32,000 nt of DNA, taken from NCBI RefSeq assembly GCF_001465295.1, contig NZ_CP011034.1:1500001-1532000 (forward strand). Reading direction: 5' to 3'. This document shows, piece after piece, positions 17,774 to 27,988 of the stretch. A program made the position numbers and the translations under genes. Source of the stretch: Pseudoalteromonas translucida KMM 520 (GTDB lineage Bacteria > Pseudomonadota > Gammaproteobacteria > Enterobacterales > Alteromonadaceae). Positions within the stretch are counted from its first letter, which is position 1. Each line of letters opens with the position of its first letter. The notes below the pieces were generated by a model that was given only the letters and a program-made list of their open reading frames with translations, searched no databases and had not been told where the DNA came from.

Positions 17774-19138
17774 CTAGAGTTGTACTACATGATAATTAAA
17801 GTAGTTATTTATAGAGGTTAGATAAATTAAGGTTAACCTTTGCTTACTAACGGTAAAATTTATTGGCGCTTGCGTGCCTATGGTTAATGAATGCGCGCCG
17901 CTGTTTAAGCTACTTCGCGCCACACTTATTTGATTTGGTAGCGTGAGCCAACTGCGTGTATCGGCCTGCTCAGAGGCTAAGTTATAAATGTTCGCAATTA
18001 TATTACCTACGTCTCCGGTGCTACGCGCCAGTTCGGCTCGTACTTTTTCTTTGGCAACTAAACGCAGTATTTGCCGCGCTATTTTGGCAGGTATTTGATC
18101 TTCTAACGTTTTAGCAGCCAGTGACTCTATGTGCACTAGCGGGCTTAATACTAAGTTTTGGGCATTAATACTGATGTTATTAATGCTGCGAACATAGGCG
18201 TTGTCTTTATAAACTGGCATGGCTAAGCTATAAAAACGTGCATTACCACCAGAGGTAAAAATAGGTAAACGTAATTTAAACTCGTGCTGCTTAGGCACTA
18301 AGCCTTGTTCAAATAATATAACGACTTCGCCTTGTTCAGACGGTATATTTGCTGCTTCACCAAAGCGCTTTTTAAAGTCGCTTAAGTCTTGATCAAAGCC
18401 TTGTTTTTTAGCAAGGCGAAGTACATCACGTTGCAAATAAATATTGTTGGGTTGTATTTCGAGTGCTTTTTTATAGTCAATGTAAGCATCATCATACTGT
18501 TTACTGCTTTGGTACAATAAAGCGGATAAATAAAAAGTATAAGCATTTTGAAAGCCATTTTTAACGTCTCGGGTAACCTTGCTCATACTAGGATAATGCT
18601 GCTGCGCTTCTTTTGTTGCGGAATCTAGCGCTGCCTGATTTTGAATAAGTGCGTCTACTTGTACTTTATTAGCCCGTCTAACTTCAACTAATGCACCTTC
18701 AACATCATTTTTATATACGTAATTAAGCGCTTTATAACTATGCAGCATGCTCATTTCATAGGGGGCAGGTATATAAGTAATGGCCGAGTCGTTGGTAAAT
18801 AAAGCATTACTTTGTTCAAGCCCGCTACTGAGCTGAACTTTGGCAGCCTCGCGCTTGTTTTGTACTTGTTGATAAACGTTTTCAAATTGGCTTTGTGCAT
18901 CGGCTTGCATATTAGCTAAGTCGGCTAGGCGCGCTTGCTCTAACTGATTAAGTAAGTAGCTACTGTGCATACTACTATTTTTAGCAATAAGCGACTGCGC
19001 TTGTGCTATGTTGTTACTCTCTATTGCTTGTCTTACAGGGGTTACTTGAGTCGCATAGTCATTAAATAGATCGCTAAATCCTATGGTACTACAACCACTT
19101 AAAATAAAACAAAAACTAAATATTAAGCTACGGCGCAC
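17774..19138 (-). CDS. TPR-containing lipoprotein (COG3014-like), 454 aa
   Basis: GTG start with AAGGAG 6 nt upstream. Lipobox LSGC. TPR-like repeats (e.g. AYTFYLSALLYQSSKQYDDAYIDYKKALEIQPNN). First gene of a 4-gene co-oriented cluster. Confidence 0.7.
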   Translation of the reverse strand: MRRSLIFSFCFILSGCSTIGFSDLFNDYATQVTPVRQAIESNNIAQAQSLIAKNSSMHSSYLLNQLEQARLADLANMQADAQSQFENVYQQVQNKREAAKVQLSSGLEQSNALFTNDSAITYIPAPYEMSMLHSYKALNYVYKNDVEGALVEVRRANKVQVDALIQNQAALDSATKEAQQHYPSMSKVTRDVKNGFQNAYTFYLSALLYQSSKQYDDAYIDYKKALEIQPNNIYLQRDVLRLAKKQGFDQDLSDFKKRFGEAANIPSEQGEVVILFEQGLVPKQHEFKLRLPIFTSGGNARFYSLAMPVYKDNAYVRSINNISINAQNLVLSPLVHIESLAAKTLEDQIPAKIARQILRLVAKEKVRAELARSTGDVGNIIANIYNLASEQADTRSWLTLPNQISVARSSLNSGAHSLTIGTQAPINFTVSKQRLTLIYLTSINNYFNYHVVQL

Positions 19139-19337
19139 TGAGCACTCCTTTAAATTTACTTAATAAGATTAACATACACCCATTAAAAAAATATGTGAAA
19201 TATTGTAAAAAAGCGTAGCATAACTGCCGAGCAGTGAACGAAGCGTTAATCGTATTAATATTGCACTGTTATTATAATAACTAAATCTAAAAACCACTGA
19301 ATTGACAGTGTTAAACTGTATTTATTTTAGCTAAGGA

Positions 19338-20225
19338 TTGTTTTTGAAAACAACGTTGTACACTTTAAGTGCTTTAATTGCGTTTGCCGCTAACTCTTTA
19401 TTATGCAGAATGGCGTTAGCACAAGGGTATATAGATGCATGGAACTTTACTATTATTCGCTTACTTAGCGGGGCTGTATGTTTAGCCATTATTATGCTGC
19501 TTTATACTAATACTACAAAACGTAACGGCACGTTTAATAGCGAAATATTAAAAGATACAGGAAGCTGGCGAAGCAGTATTAGTTTGCTGGTTTATGCATT
19601 GTGTTTTTCCATCGCGTATATAGAGCTTGATACCGGTACTGGTGCACTTATTTTATTTTCCGCGGTACAACTTACTATGATTGGCTGGGGAATTTATAAT
19701 AAAGAGCAATTAAGCCTATTACAATGGTTGGCATTTATAAGCGCTTTTGCCGGCTTTGTTTATTTAATGTTGCCCTCTGCTGCAATACCTTCATTATTTG
19801 GAGCGACCCTTATGGCCATTAGTGGCATAGCGTGGGGTGTGTATAGTATACGAGGCAAAGCTTGTGTATCACCACTGAGAACCTCTGCATTTAACTTTAT
19901 TCGCAGCTTAGTTGCTTTGCCTATATTGCTAATAATAGGCATGGGGTATATAAAAAGTATCCGCATAGAAGGGGTGTTACTTGCATGTGCCAGTGGCGCA
20001 ATAGCTTCAGGTATTGGTTACAGTATTTGGTATACGGCAATGCCAAGATTAAAAAGCACCCAAGCAGCAGTGGTGCAGCTATGTGTACCTGTGCTTGCTG
20101 CCATTGCAGGCGTGGTGTTTTTATCTGAGCAGTTAACTGTGCAATTTATAGTTGCCAGCAGTGTTATTTTAGGGGCAGTACTGGTATTTACGCTCAATAA
20201 AAAACAGTTTGCTAAACAGGGCTAA
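19338..20225 (+). CDS. DMT superfamily (EamA-type) transporter
   Basis: Ten hydrophobic segments arranged as two EamA-like halves. No in-frame ATG near the 5' end. The start is TTG at 19338 or, fitting TAAGGA at 19332-19337 better, TTG at 19344. Confidence 0.8.
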   Translation: MFLKTTLYTLSALIAFAANSLLCRMALAQGYIDAWNFTIIRLLSGAVCLAIIMLLYTNTTKRNGTFNSEILKDTGSWRSSISLLVYALCFSIAYIELDTGTGALILFSAVQLTMIGWGIYNKEQLSLLQWLAFISAFAGFVYLMLPSAAIPSLFGATLMAISGIAWGVYSIRGKACVSPLRTSAFNFIRSLVALPILLIIGMGYIKSIRIEGVLLACASGAIASGIGYSIWYTAMPRLKSTQAAVVQLCVPVLAAIAGVVFLSEQLTVQFIVASSVILGAVLVFTLNKKQFAKQG

Positions 20226-20894
20226 CGTTAATTATAAAGCGCTCATAAAGCATGGGTAAGTTGGCTAAAATAGCCTCTTTAGCTAATAAGTCACTATGAC
20301 TTATACACTCATACAGCACTGGCAGACTAAGCATATTAACCAGTAATTGCGACTGCTTAATATGGCTAATATGCCAAAGCTCGGGGGCTACACCACCTAA
20401 GTCATGCTGATAAGGCCGATAAAATCCAAACATTGCTAAGTTAGCATCTAGCCAGTCGCTCAGTGGTGCAAATGGGCCACTTTGTTGATATTCATCGGGC
20501 GTGAGTTGCAACTGGTAATCATCACTCACTGCCGCTTTATCAAACACATCTAAATCTGTTCCTAAATGATGTCTACTTGCGCCAGGTAGTGCAGAGTAGA
20601 GCATAATGGCAATACATTTATCTATATCGCTTAAGCCATCTAACTCAACAACTTGCTGTTGTTTATTATAAACAGGGCGTGCACCTGAAAATTTAGCATT
20701 GAAAATAGCCGCTTGGCGGTTAAAGTCACGAAAGCTGGAGGCGATTGTAAGCTCAAACCCTGCTGCTTTTGCGGCACTTTGCAGTGCTAAAAAATCATTA
20801 ACGATATTGCAGTGCAAACGATGATTTTGAATTTGGGTTAAATGTGTATCACTTTGTCCTGTAATACACATTGTGGTTATTTTTTTTGAGTTCA

Positions 20895-20895
<1 letters not shown>
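20212..20895 (-). CDS. M15 family zinc peptidase (VanY / LD- or DD-carboxypeptidase-like)
   Basis: Motifs SSFRDF.RQ, GASRHHLGTDLDV (H..D zinc ligands) and ELWHISH. The start is set at ATG 20895, which overlaps the dapE stop (TAATG). The track's longer ORF to 20937 would overlap dapE by 43 nt. Confidence 0.8.
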
Positions 20896-22369
<1,474 letters not shown>

Positions 22370-22373
22370 AAAT

Positions 22374-22871
22374 CTACTTCTTTTTAATAATAGTTAATAA
22401 AGTATCGACACCCGCATTTACCTGCGAGTGTGAAAAGTGAAATGTACCTAGGCTGTGGCCATTGAGCAAAATTAAGCTTGCTAGCATAGGTGTGTCAAGT
22501 TCGCGTAAATCAAAATAAGCAAGGCGCTGGCCTTTACATATTTTGCTACCATATAACTGAGCTATGTGGGTATGGGTAATGTGTTGCGAACTCAAAATAG
22601 TTAAATTAATTAGTACTTTAAGGCCGTTTTTAGCTTGTAAAATAAACTCGGTGCCGGCATTTTTTACTTGCAGTAAAGTGCCATCAAATGGGGCTAAAAT
22701 TTTATGGTTGCTTAGCTGTACCATAATGCCTGGCCCTAATGTGCCAAAGCGAAAAAGAGGTTCGGGGTGTTCGTTAAGTGCTATTACTTTTCCTGAAAAT
22801 GGGCTAGTAATATTAATGGCATGACGAGGTAATTTATTTTGAGCTAAATAATCTATTGTTTGCGGTTTCAT
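22374..22871 (-). CDS. EIIA-Glc (Crr)-fold protein lacking both active-site histidines
   Basis: Ungapped alignment to E. coli IIA-Glc over SPFSG...APFDGTLLQVKNAGTEFILQAKNGLKVLINLT. E. coli His75 corresponds to Thr74 (codon 22650-22652) and His90 to Asn89 (codon 22605-22607). Confidence 0.8.
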   Translation of the reverse strand: MKPQTIDYLAQNKLPRHAINITSPFSGKVIALNEHPEPLFRFGTLGPGIMVQLSNHKILAPFDGTLLQVKNAGTEFILQAKNGLKVLINLTILSSQHITHTHIAQLYGSKICKGQRLAYFDLRELDTPMLASLILLNGHSLGTFHFSHSQVNAGVDTLLTIIKKK

Positions 22872-22874
22872 AAG

Positions 22875-23261
22875 TCACTCAAAAATTATGTTATAGCCAT
22901 CTTTTTTTAAAGCGGTAATAGCTAAGTCTACGGTGTGTTTTTTTACTAAGATATAATCGGTATCGTAGGTCGAAATTGAAAATATAGATACCTTAGCTCG
23001 CGCCAGTACTCCCGATATATTAGCCATAATTCCTGTTAACGAAAAACCAAGTGGGCCAACAACTTCAAGCGCTTGCCAGTGCTGCTCACAATCTAAGCTA
23101 TCAATAGTAAAGCTACTGGGGCATACAATTGATAGCTCATCGTGGGTTTTTGAAATAAAAAACAATGCCTGTTTAAACAACGCCACAGGTATGTCGGCAT
23201 CAACCGCTAAACTGTGGATTGATAAAACAGTGCTATGCAATTGTAATGTTTGTTTTGACAT
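22875..23261 (-). CDS. ACT-domain (ACT_7-type) small-molecule-binding protein
   Basis: C-terminal pattern GPLGFSLTGIMANISGVLARAKVSIFSISTYDTDYILVKK is typical of ACT_7 proteins. The start is placed at Met8 of the track ORF (MSKQT…); 23282 is an alternative. Confidence 0.65.
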   Translation of the reverse strand: MSKQTLQLHSTVLSIHSLAVDADIPVALFKQALFFISKTHDELSIVCPSSFTIDSLDCEQHWQALEVVGPLGFSLTGIMANISGVLARAKVSIFSISTYDTDYILVKKHTVDLAITALKKDGYNIIFE

Positions 23262-23381
23262 TAAAAGCCCGACGAACAGCAATAACTATAAGGTTATAGT
23301 ATAGATTATTAACCCTAAATTAAAGCAGTAACAGTAACTAAGCTAGTTGTGGTTACGTTAGCATAAGTAAGGGTAATTATG

Positions 23382-23423
23382 TTGTCCACATTTTCTGTGG
23401 ATAACTGTGGGAATTGTGGCGTA
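23382..23423. promoter_or_regulatory. Cluster of DnaA-box-like 9-mers (one perfect TTATCCACA on the minus strand)
   Basis: TTGTCCACA at 23382-23390 (8/9). TGTGGATAA at 23396-23404 (9/9, reverse orientation). TGTGGGAAT at 23406-23414 (6/9). TGTGGCGTA at 23415-23423 (6/9). The TGTGG cores are spaced 10 and 9 bp apart. Confidence 0.4.
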
Positions 23424-23671
23424 TAAGTGGTTTAACATACTGATTATAATGTCTAAAATTATTAGTTTAGAAAAGATCCATTTAGCACTTAATAGCGTAT
23501 GTATTAATATTGAGGTGAAACCTGTTCATACTAAAAGGCCTTAAAGCATGAGTGATTTTTTACTCATTCAGTGCGTTTTTATGAAAATTCCATATAAAAT
23601 AATTTGTGTTACACTATCATGATAACAACCAATATTATTGGTAGTGTTGATATTATGTATGAGGAGTCATG

Positions 23672-24118
23672 ATGCAAAAAAGTGTGATGTCGCAAGTACA
23701 AATAGGGCGTGTGTACGCTAAAAAATGGCCAATGCGAAAAGAATTAGCCCCTTTGTTTGCTGAGTTTAAAGTAATAAAGGCGACAGAGTTGGCGATTACG
23801 GTAATGCCAATATTAGCCATGCTAACGTTATTTTTTCAGTTAAATTATCTTGGCTCTGACTTTTTACCGCAAGCAATTGCAAGCGCGCTTTTTTTTATAT
23901 CGCTCCCTTTACAAGGTTTGTTATGGTTAGGAAAACGAGCGCAAACCGAGTTAGAGCCTGCTATGCAACGTTGGTATAACGAGCTTTATGCTAAAATGGT
24001 GGCTAATGGCTATCAAGCACAGCGCAGCGAAAAAAAGCCCCGTTACTTGGAGCTTGAAGAATTACTTAACGATATGTTTGATAAAATGGACAAAACGTTC
24101 ACTAAAGAGCAATTTTAA
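23672..24118 (+). CDS. yfbV: UPF0208 membrane protein YfbV (terminus macrodomain insulation protein family)
   Basis: Aligns with E. coli YfbV (Y.K.WP....LAP.F.E..VIK.T..AI..MP..A..TL ... LSLP.QGL.WLGKR ... DKTF). GAGGAG at 23661-23666 favours ATG 23672 over 23669. Confidence 0.85.
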   Translation: MQKSVMSQVQIGRVYAKKWPMRKELAPLFAEFKVIKATELAITVMPILAMLTLFFQLNYLGSDFLPQAIASALFFISLPLQGLLWLGKRAQTELEPAMQRWYNELYAKMVANGYQAQRSEKKPRYLELEELLNDMFDKMDKTFTKEQF

Positions 24119-24131
24119 GCGCCTGTTGCCT

Positions 24132-24953
24132 TTATATATGCGCAACAGCTACGCTTTTGTCTCTTGTAAATTGTGTAATATAAAACGATAAGGTGACACT
24201 GTGCTCACCTTTTCCTTCGAGCGCTAGCCAGTGCTCGGGTCTGAACTTCCACGCGAATGGTGTCATCATTATTAAGTTTTTAACGTCACTAAAGTTCAAG
24301 GTTACTTGCTCTGTGATGAGTGTTTGCGACGTTTGTGTAAACATTGCAGGTACTTCTATGTGTGTATGTTCATTAACACTTGAGTAAATATACTCTTTTA
24401 ACTCTTTTAAATGCTGAGGTCCGGGGCTTGCCACTACGAGAGTTGAACCGGGTTTAGCAAGTCTTGCTAGTTCTTGAGTAAATAATGGTGCGAATACACT
24501 GACCAATACATCGGCAAAGTAGCTTTTAAAAGGTGCTTGGCTAATGGATGCCACGCTAAAGTGGCAATTGCTATAGCGTTTTGCCGCATATTTTACCGCC
24601 GCCTTCGATATATCAACTCCGTACACAGTGGCTTGAGTATTATTAGCTAAAGCTTGGGTGTAAAACCCTTCACCACACCCTAAATCAATAATATTATTAG
24701 CTGCTATATTACTAATAATTTGGCCAAGTTCGTGCTGTAAAAAAGCATAATAGTTGCGCTCTAAAAAAGCGCGCCTAGCTTGCACCATTTCTAATGAGTC
24801 ACCAGGTTGTTTTGAGTTTTTTTGCTGTACAGGCAATAAATTTACATAGCCTTCTTTTGCAAAGTCAAAACTATGGTTGTTTTCACAGCGAAGCATATTA
24901 GCTGTTTTTATTAGTGAGTTGCTACACAGTGGGCAGCTATATTCAAGACTCAT
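24132..24953 (-). CDS. rlmA: 23S rRNA (guanine745-N1)-methyltransferase
   Basis: Colinear with E. coli RlmA: the N-terminal zinc motif CPLC...C...H, AKEGYVNLLPVQ.K.S..PGDS.EM.QARRAFL, and the SAM motif D.GCGEG.YT. Confidence 0.92.
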   Translation of the reverse strand: MSLEYSCPLCSNSLIKTANMLRCENNHSFDFAKEGYVNLLPVQQKNSKQPGDSLEMVQARRAFLERNYYAFLQHELGQIISNIAANNIIDLGCGEGFYTQALANNTQATVYGVDISKAAVKYAAKRYSNCHFSVASISQAPFKSYFADVLVSVFAPLFTQELARLAKPGSTLVVASPGPQHLKELKEYIYSSVNEHTHIEVPAMFTQTSQTLITEQVTLNFSDVKNLIMMTPFAWKFRPEHWLALEGKGEHSVTLSFYITQFTRDKSVAVAHI

Positions 24954-25597
24954 GAGCCTAGGTAGTCCTTATCGTAAAAAGTTTTTACCCAATGTGGGCG
25001 ATAAGTGATCATAATTGTAATAGCCATACCGTTTAACATGGCCTCTGGCAGCCAAATAATAGCGCTTAAGTAAACGTAATTATCTGCTAATTGTTGCCAG
25101 CTATACTGACCAATAGCAAGATAAAATAATGCCCCTAAAGCTATTTTTATACAGGCGATAAACCCAGCCGTAATAAACGCACATACAAATATATAAACAA
25201 AAAAGTGGCGCGGTAAATACTGATAACTAACAATAAAAGCCAAGTAGCTCAATAAAATAGGGATAAATGCGCCAATAAGCAATTGCACTGGCAGTAACTC
25301 AAACTCAATTAAACCAAATGCGGCTAATAGCGCCGTTGCCAGAACACTACTTAAAATAGTTAAACGCCAACCGAGAATAAGTGTAGCTGCAGTAATACCT
25401 AAAATATGTAAATCAAGGCCCGTTAAAATGCCTGCTTTAATGCGCCATAAAACAGCAAACACCAGCGCACATGCAAGTACCCCAGTTTGGCGTATGGGTA
25501 CTTTGTAGAGTGCTTTATAGGTCGCTTTATCAATACTAAATAAGCTTATAGCGATTACAAGGGCCCAAAGTAGCCCTTGCATTGGGAGGCTAAGCAT
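24950..25597 (-). CDS. CbiM/ECF-S-like polytopic membrane protein (orphan)
   Basis: Six or seven TM helices. LHILGITAATLILGW resembles the CbiM-family H.LG..L....LG motif, and there is a PEA..NG pattern near the C-terminus. The start is set at ATG 25597, 4 nt after the xthA stop; the track's 25654 start would overlap xthA by 53 nt. The stop overlaps the rlmA start (ATGA). Confidence 0.55.
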   Translation of the reverse strand: MLSLPMQGLLWALVIAISLFSIDKATYKALYKVPIRQTGVLACALVFAVLWRIKAGILTGLDLHILGITAATLILGWRLTILSSVLATALLAAFGLIEFELLPVQLLIGAFIPILLSYLAFIVSYQYLPRHFFVYIFVCAFITAGFIACIKIALGALFYLAIGQYSWQQLADNYVYLSAIIWLPEAMLNGMAITIMITYRPHWVKTFYDKDYLGS

Positions 25598-25601
25598 TAG
25601 G

Positions 25602-26408
25602 TTATTTAAATTCAGACCAAATAGGGGCGTGATCCGATGGCTTTTCGATGCCACGTAATTCGTAATCTATACCTGTGTCTATACAACGCGCGGCTAGCTC
25701 ATGTGTTGCAAGTACAACATCAATTCGCAGGCCTCGGTTATCTAAAAACCCTTTTGAGCGGTAGTCAAACCACGAGTATTGATCGCTGGTTTCTGGGTTT
25801 TGCTCTCTAAAGGTGTCTTTAAAACCCCAGTTAAGTAATGTTGCCAGCCATTCACGCTCTATTGGTTGAAAAGAACATTTACCGGTTTTTAACCAACGTT
25901 TAGCATTTACTTCGCCAATACCTATATCTAGGCTGGTAGGTGAAATATTAATATCGCCCATTACAATCACGTCTTCATCGGGAGTATGATTTGTTTGCAG
26001 GTGAGTCATTAAATCTTTATAAAACTGACGTTTATATGGGAACTTGGTTTCGTGATTAATGTTTTCACCTTGCGGGAAGTAACCATTCATTACCGTTAAA
26101 TCACGGCCATTGTCTTGCTCTACGGTAACACTGATCATGCGTTTTTGTGATTCTTCAGTATCAGTGGCAAAACCTTTAAATACCGATTTAGGTTCTTTTT
26201 TGCATAACATAGCTACGCCGTAATGGGCTTTTTGGCCATGATAATAAACGTGATATCCCATTTTTTGTACATCTTCTAGTGGGAACGCTTCGTCATGAAC
26301 TTTAATTTCTTGTAGGCCAATAATATCGGGTTGATGTTTGTCGATAATAGCTTGTAATTGATGAAGACGCGCACGCAGACCATTGATATTGAAAGAAATC
26401 ACTTTCAT
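25602..26408 (-). CDS. xthA: Exodeoxyribonuclease III
   Basis: Colinear with E. coli XthA across all 268 aa ([35 protein letters not shown] ... PSDHAP.W). Confidence 0.96.
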   Translation of the reverse strand: MKVISFNINGLRARLHQLQAIIDKHQPDIIGLQEIKVHDEAFPLEDVQKMGYHVYYHGQKAHYGVAMLCKKEPKSVFKGFATDTEESQKRMISVTVEQDNGRDLTVMNGYFPQGENINHETKFPYKRQFYKDLMTHLQTNHTPDEDVIVMGDINISPTSLDIGIGEVNAKRWLKTGKCSFQPIEREWLATLLNWGFKDTFREQNPETSDQYSWFDYRSKGFLDNRGLRIDVVLATHELAARCIDTGIDYELRGIEKPSDHAPIWSEFK

Positions 26409-26723
26409 AGCATATACCTTAAAATTGGTTCTATATAATGCGTTAAATTATATCAGTAAATACACTTACATAACACGCCCGAAACGAGGAAGTTATTGGC
26501 TGAACTTTTAAGTGTAAAAACACCCGTTGTTATGTCCGGTATTACACCAAGGCTTTTTGCAAAAATTACAAGGCATGAAGCAAAGCTTTCATTACTATAA
26601 TGCGCTACGTTAGTTTTTTTACTTGTATTTTTATTGTAACTAATTGATTTTAAAAGGTTGATGTTTTTGGCATTTAACTTGTATTAGTTAAAGTGACATT
26701 AATTAACTACAAGGATACGTCTT

Positions 26724-27245
26724 ATGAAAAAGTTAACATTAGCATCTACTATTTTAGCAACGTTAAGCTTAGCAGCTTGTGCATCTAACCAAGGGTTAGA
26801 TAAAATTGATAGTGACTTTGCAAGTTTAGATAACGATAGTGATGGTTTTATTTCGAAAGTTGAAGCTGATGACGATAATATTTGGCAACACTTTTCAAAT
26901 ATTGATACTAATATGGATAATCAAATAAGTCGCAATGAATTTAATGCGTACATGCAATTAAATACCGGGAAAGTTGCCACAGACAGTGAAGTAAGCGAAT
27001 CAGCATTTAAAGCGGATATTACTAAATTTGATAAAATACAAAGCAGCTTCTCGAGTTTAGATAACGATAAAAGTGGCTATATTTCGGTTGAAGAAGCAGA
27101 CGATGATGATATTTCAAATCACTTTGGCTACATGGATGTAAATAAAGACAAACGTGTTAGCAAACGTGAATTTGTTACTTACATAAAAAAATATGGCAAT
27201 GCAGTCGCTGAAGACGACGCACTTAAAAGCGCCAATAACAGCTAA
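26724..27245 (+). CDS. Lipoprotein with four EF-hand Ca2+-binding loops
   Basis: Lipobox LAAC (Cys19). The 12-residue loops are DNDSDGFISKVE, DTNMDNQISRNE, DNDKSGYISVEE and DVNKDKRVSKRE. Confidence 0.8.
   Translation: MKKLTLASTILATLSLAACASNQGLDKIDSDFASLDNDSDGFISKVEADDDNIWQHFSNIDTNMDNQISRNEFNAYMQLNTGKVATDSEVSESAFKADITKFDKIQSSFSSLDNDKSGYISVEEADDDDISNHFGYMDVNKDKRVSKREFVTYIKKYGNAVAEDDALKSANNS
26799..27188 (+). repeat. Intragenic tandem duplication of an EF-hand pair (2 x about 53 codons, offset 231 nt)
   Basis: DKIDSDFASLDNDSDGFISKVEADDDNIWQHFSNIDTNMDNQISRNEFNAYMQ vs DKIQSSFSSLDNDKSGYISVEEADDDDISNHFGYMDVNKDKRVSKREFVTYIK. Both units share AGTTTAGATAACGATA at the nucleotide level. Confidence 0.7.
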
Positions 27246-27272
27246 GCACACTATTTTAAAGTGTGAGAAAGG

Positions 27273-27299
27273 AGCCAGTGCTGAGCACTGGCTTTTTTT
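27273..27299 (+). terminator. Intrinsic terminator after the EF-hand lipoprotein gene
   Basis: AGCCAGTGC (27273-27281), loop TGA, GCACTGGCT (27285-27293), running into a T7 tract. Confidence 0.8.
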
Positions 27300-27397
27300 G
27301 TGGCTTTGATTTACTAAATTGCTCGATATGTTTTCCTACTTTGCTGTAGTTCTGGCATAATAGTTGGCTGTGTGTGTTTATTAGTTTAAGAGCGTTT

Positions 27398-27988
27398 ATG
27401 GTGGGTCGGCGAGTTAGTGATGAGCAATTAATTGAGATCATTGAAGCGGCGATTTTTGTTGCTGACAAACCGTTAAGTAAACGTCATCTAAAGGATGTTG
27501 TTTTAGCCGATTTAGCAATATCTATGGCGCATATAAACGATGCAATAACAGCAATACAAACACATTTTCAGACCCGTGGTATTCGTTTGGTAGAAGTAGG
27601 CAGTGGTTATCGTTTTCAGGCATGTAGTAGCTTAAGCCCTTGGCTAAGTAATTTATGGCAAGAACGCGCGCCCAAATATTCGCGTGCTTTGCTCGAAACG
27701 TTATCGCTAATTGCTTATAGGCAACCAATTACACGCGCCGAAATAGAACAAGTGCGTGGTGTTACTACGGGTTCAAATATTATTAAAACACTACTCGAAA
27801 GAGAGTGGATTAAAGTGGTAGGTCACAAAGAAGTGCCGGGTAAGCCGGCGCTATATGCGACTACTAAACAATTTTTAGATTATTTTTCGATAACAGGTTT
27901 AGATAATTTACCTGCCTTGCCAGAGCAACAGCAAAGTAAAATTAACCAGTTATTAAGTGATCCTTCTGTGAGAGAACCATCCGAATGA
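27398..27988 (+). CDS. scpB: Segregation and condensation protein B (ScpB) homolog
   Basis: Has [18 protein letters not shown] and [28 protein letters not shown] (winged-helix ScpB signatures). ATG 27398 is preferred over the track's alternative start at 27374. The stop overlaps the rluB start (ATGA). Confidence 0.85.
   Translation: MVGRRVSDEQLIEIIEAAIFVADKPLSKRHLKDVVLADLAISMAHINDAITAIQTHFQTRGIRLVEVGSGYRFQACSSLSPWLSNLWQERAPKYSRALLETLSLIAYRQPITRAEIEQVRGVTTGSNIIKTLLEREWIKVVGHKEVPGKPALYATTKQFLDYFSITGLDNLPALPEQQQSKINQLLSDPSVREPSE

Noticed and set aside
23548-23622. 24-codon ORF (MSDFLLIQCVFMKIPYKIICVTLS) and a 7-bp hairpin (ATGAGTG/TACTCAT) upstream of yfbV, considered as a leader peptide or sRNA
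   Set aside because: The hairpin is weak and is not followed directly by a T-tract. There is no attenuator-like alternative pairing that I could find, and no independent support.
23283-23668. Possibility that the DnaA-box cluster marks a replication origin
   Set aside because: There is no AT-rich 13-mer unwinding element that I can see and only one GATC nearby. There are no flanking dnaA/dnaN/gidA/mioC/parAB or plasmid-type rep genes, and there are only about 4-5 boxes. A regulatory or DnaA-titrating/reactivating site is more plausible.
26496-26600. 34-codon TTG-initiated ORF, with GAGGAAG upstream, in the 315-bp xthA / EF-hand intergenic region
   Set aside because: Short, with a non-ATG start, no recognisable features and no way to test conservation here. 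Probably chance.
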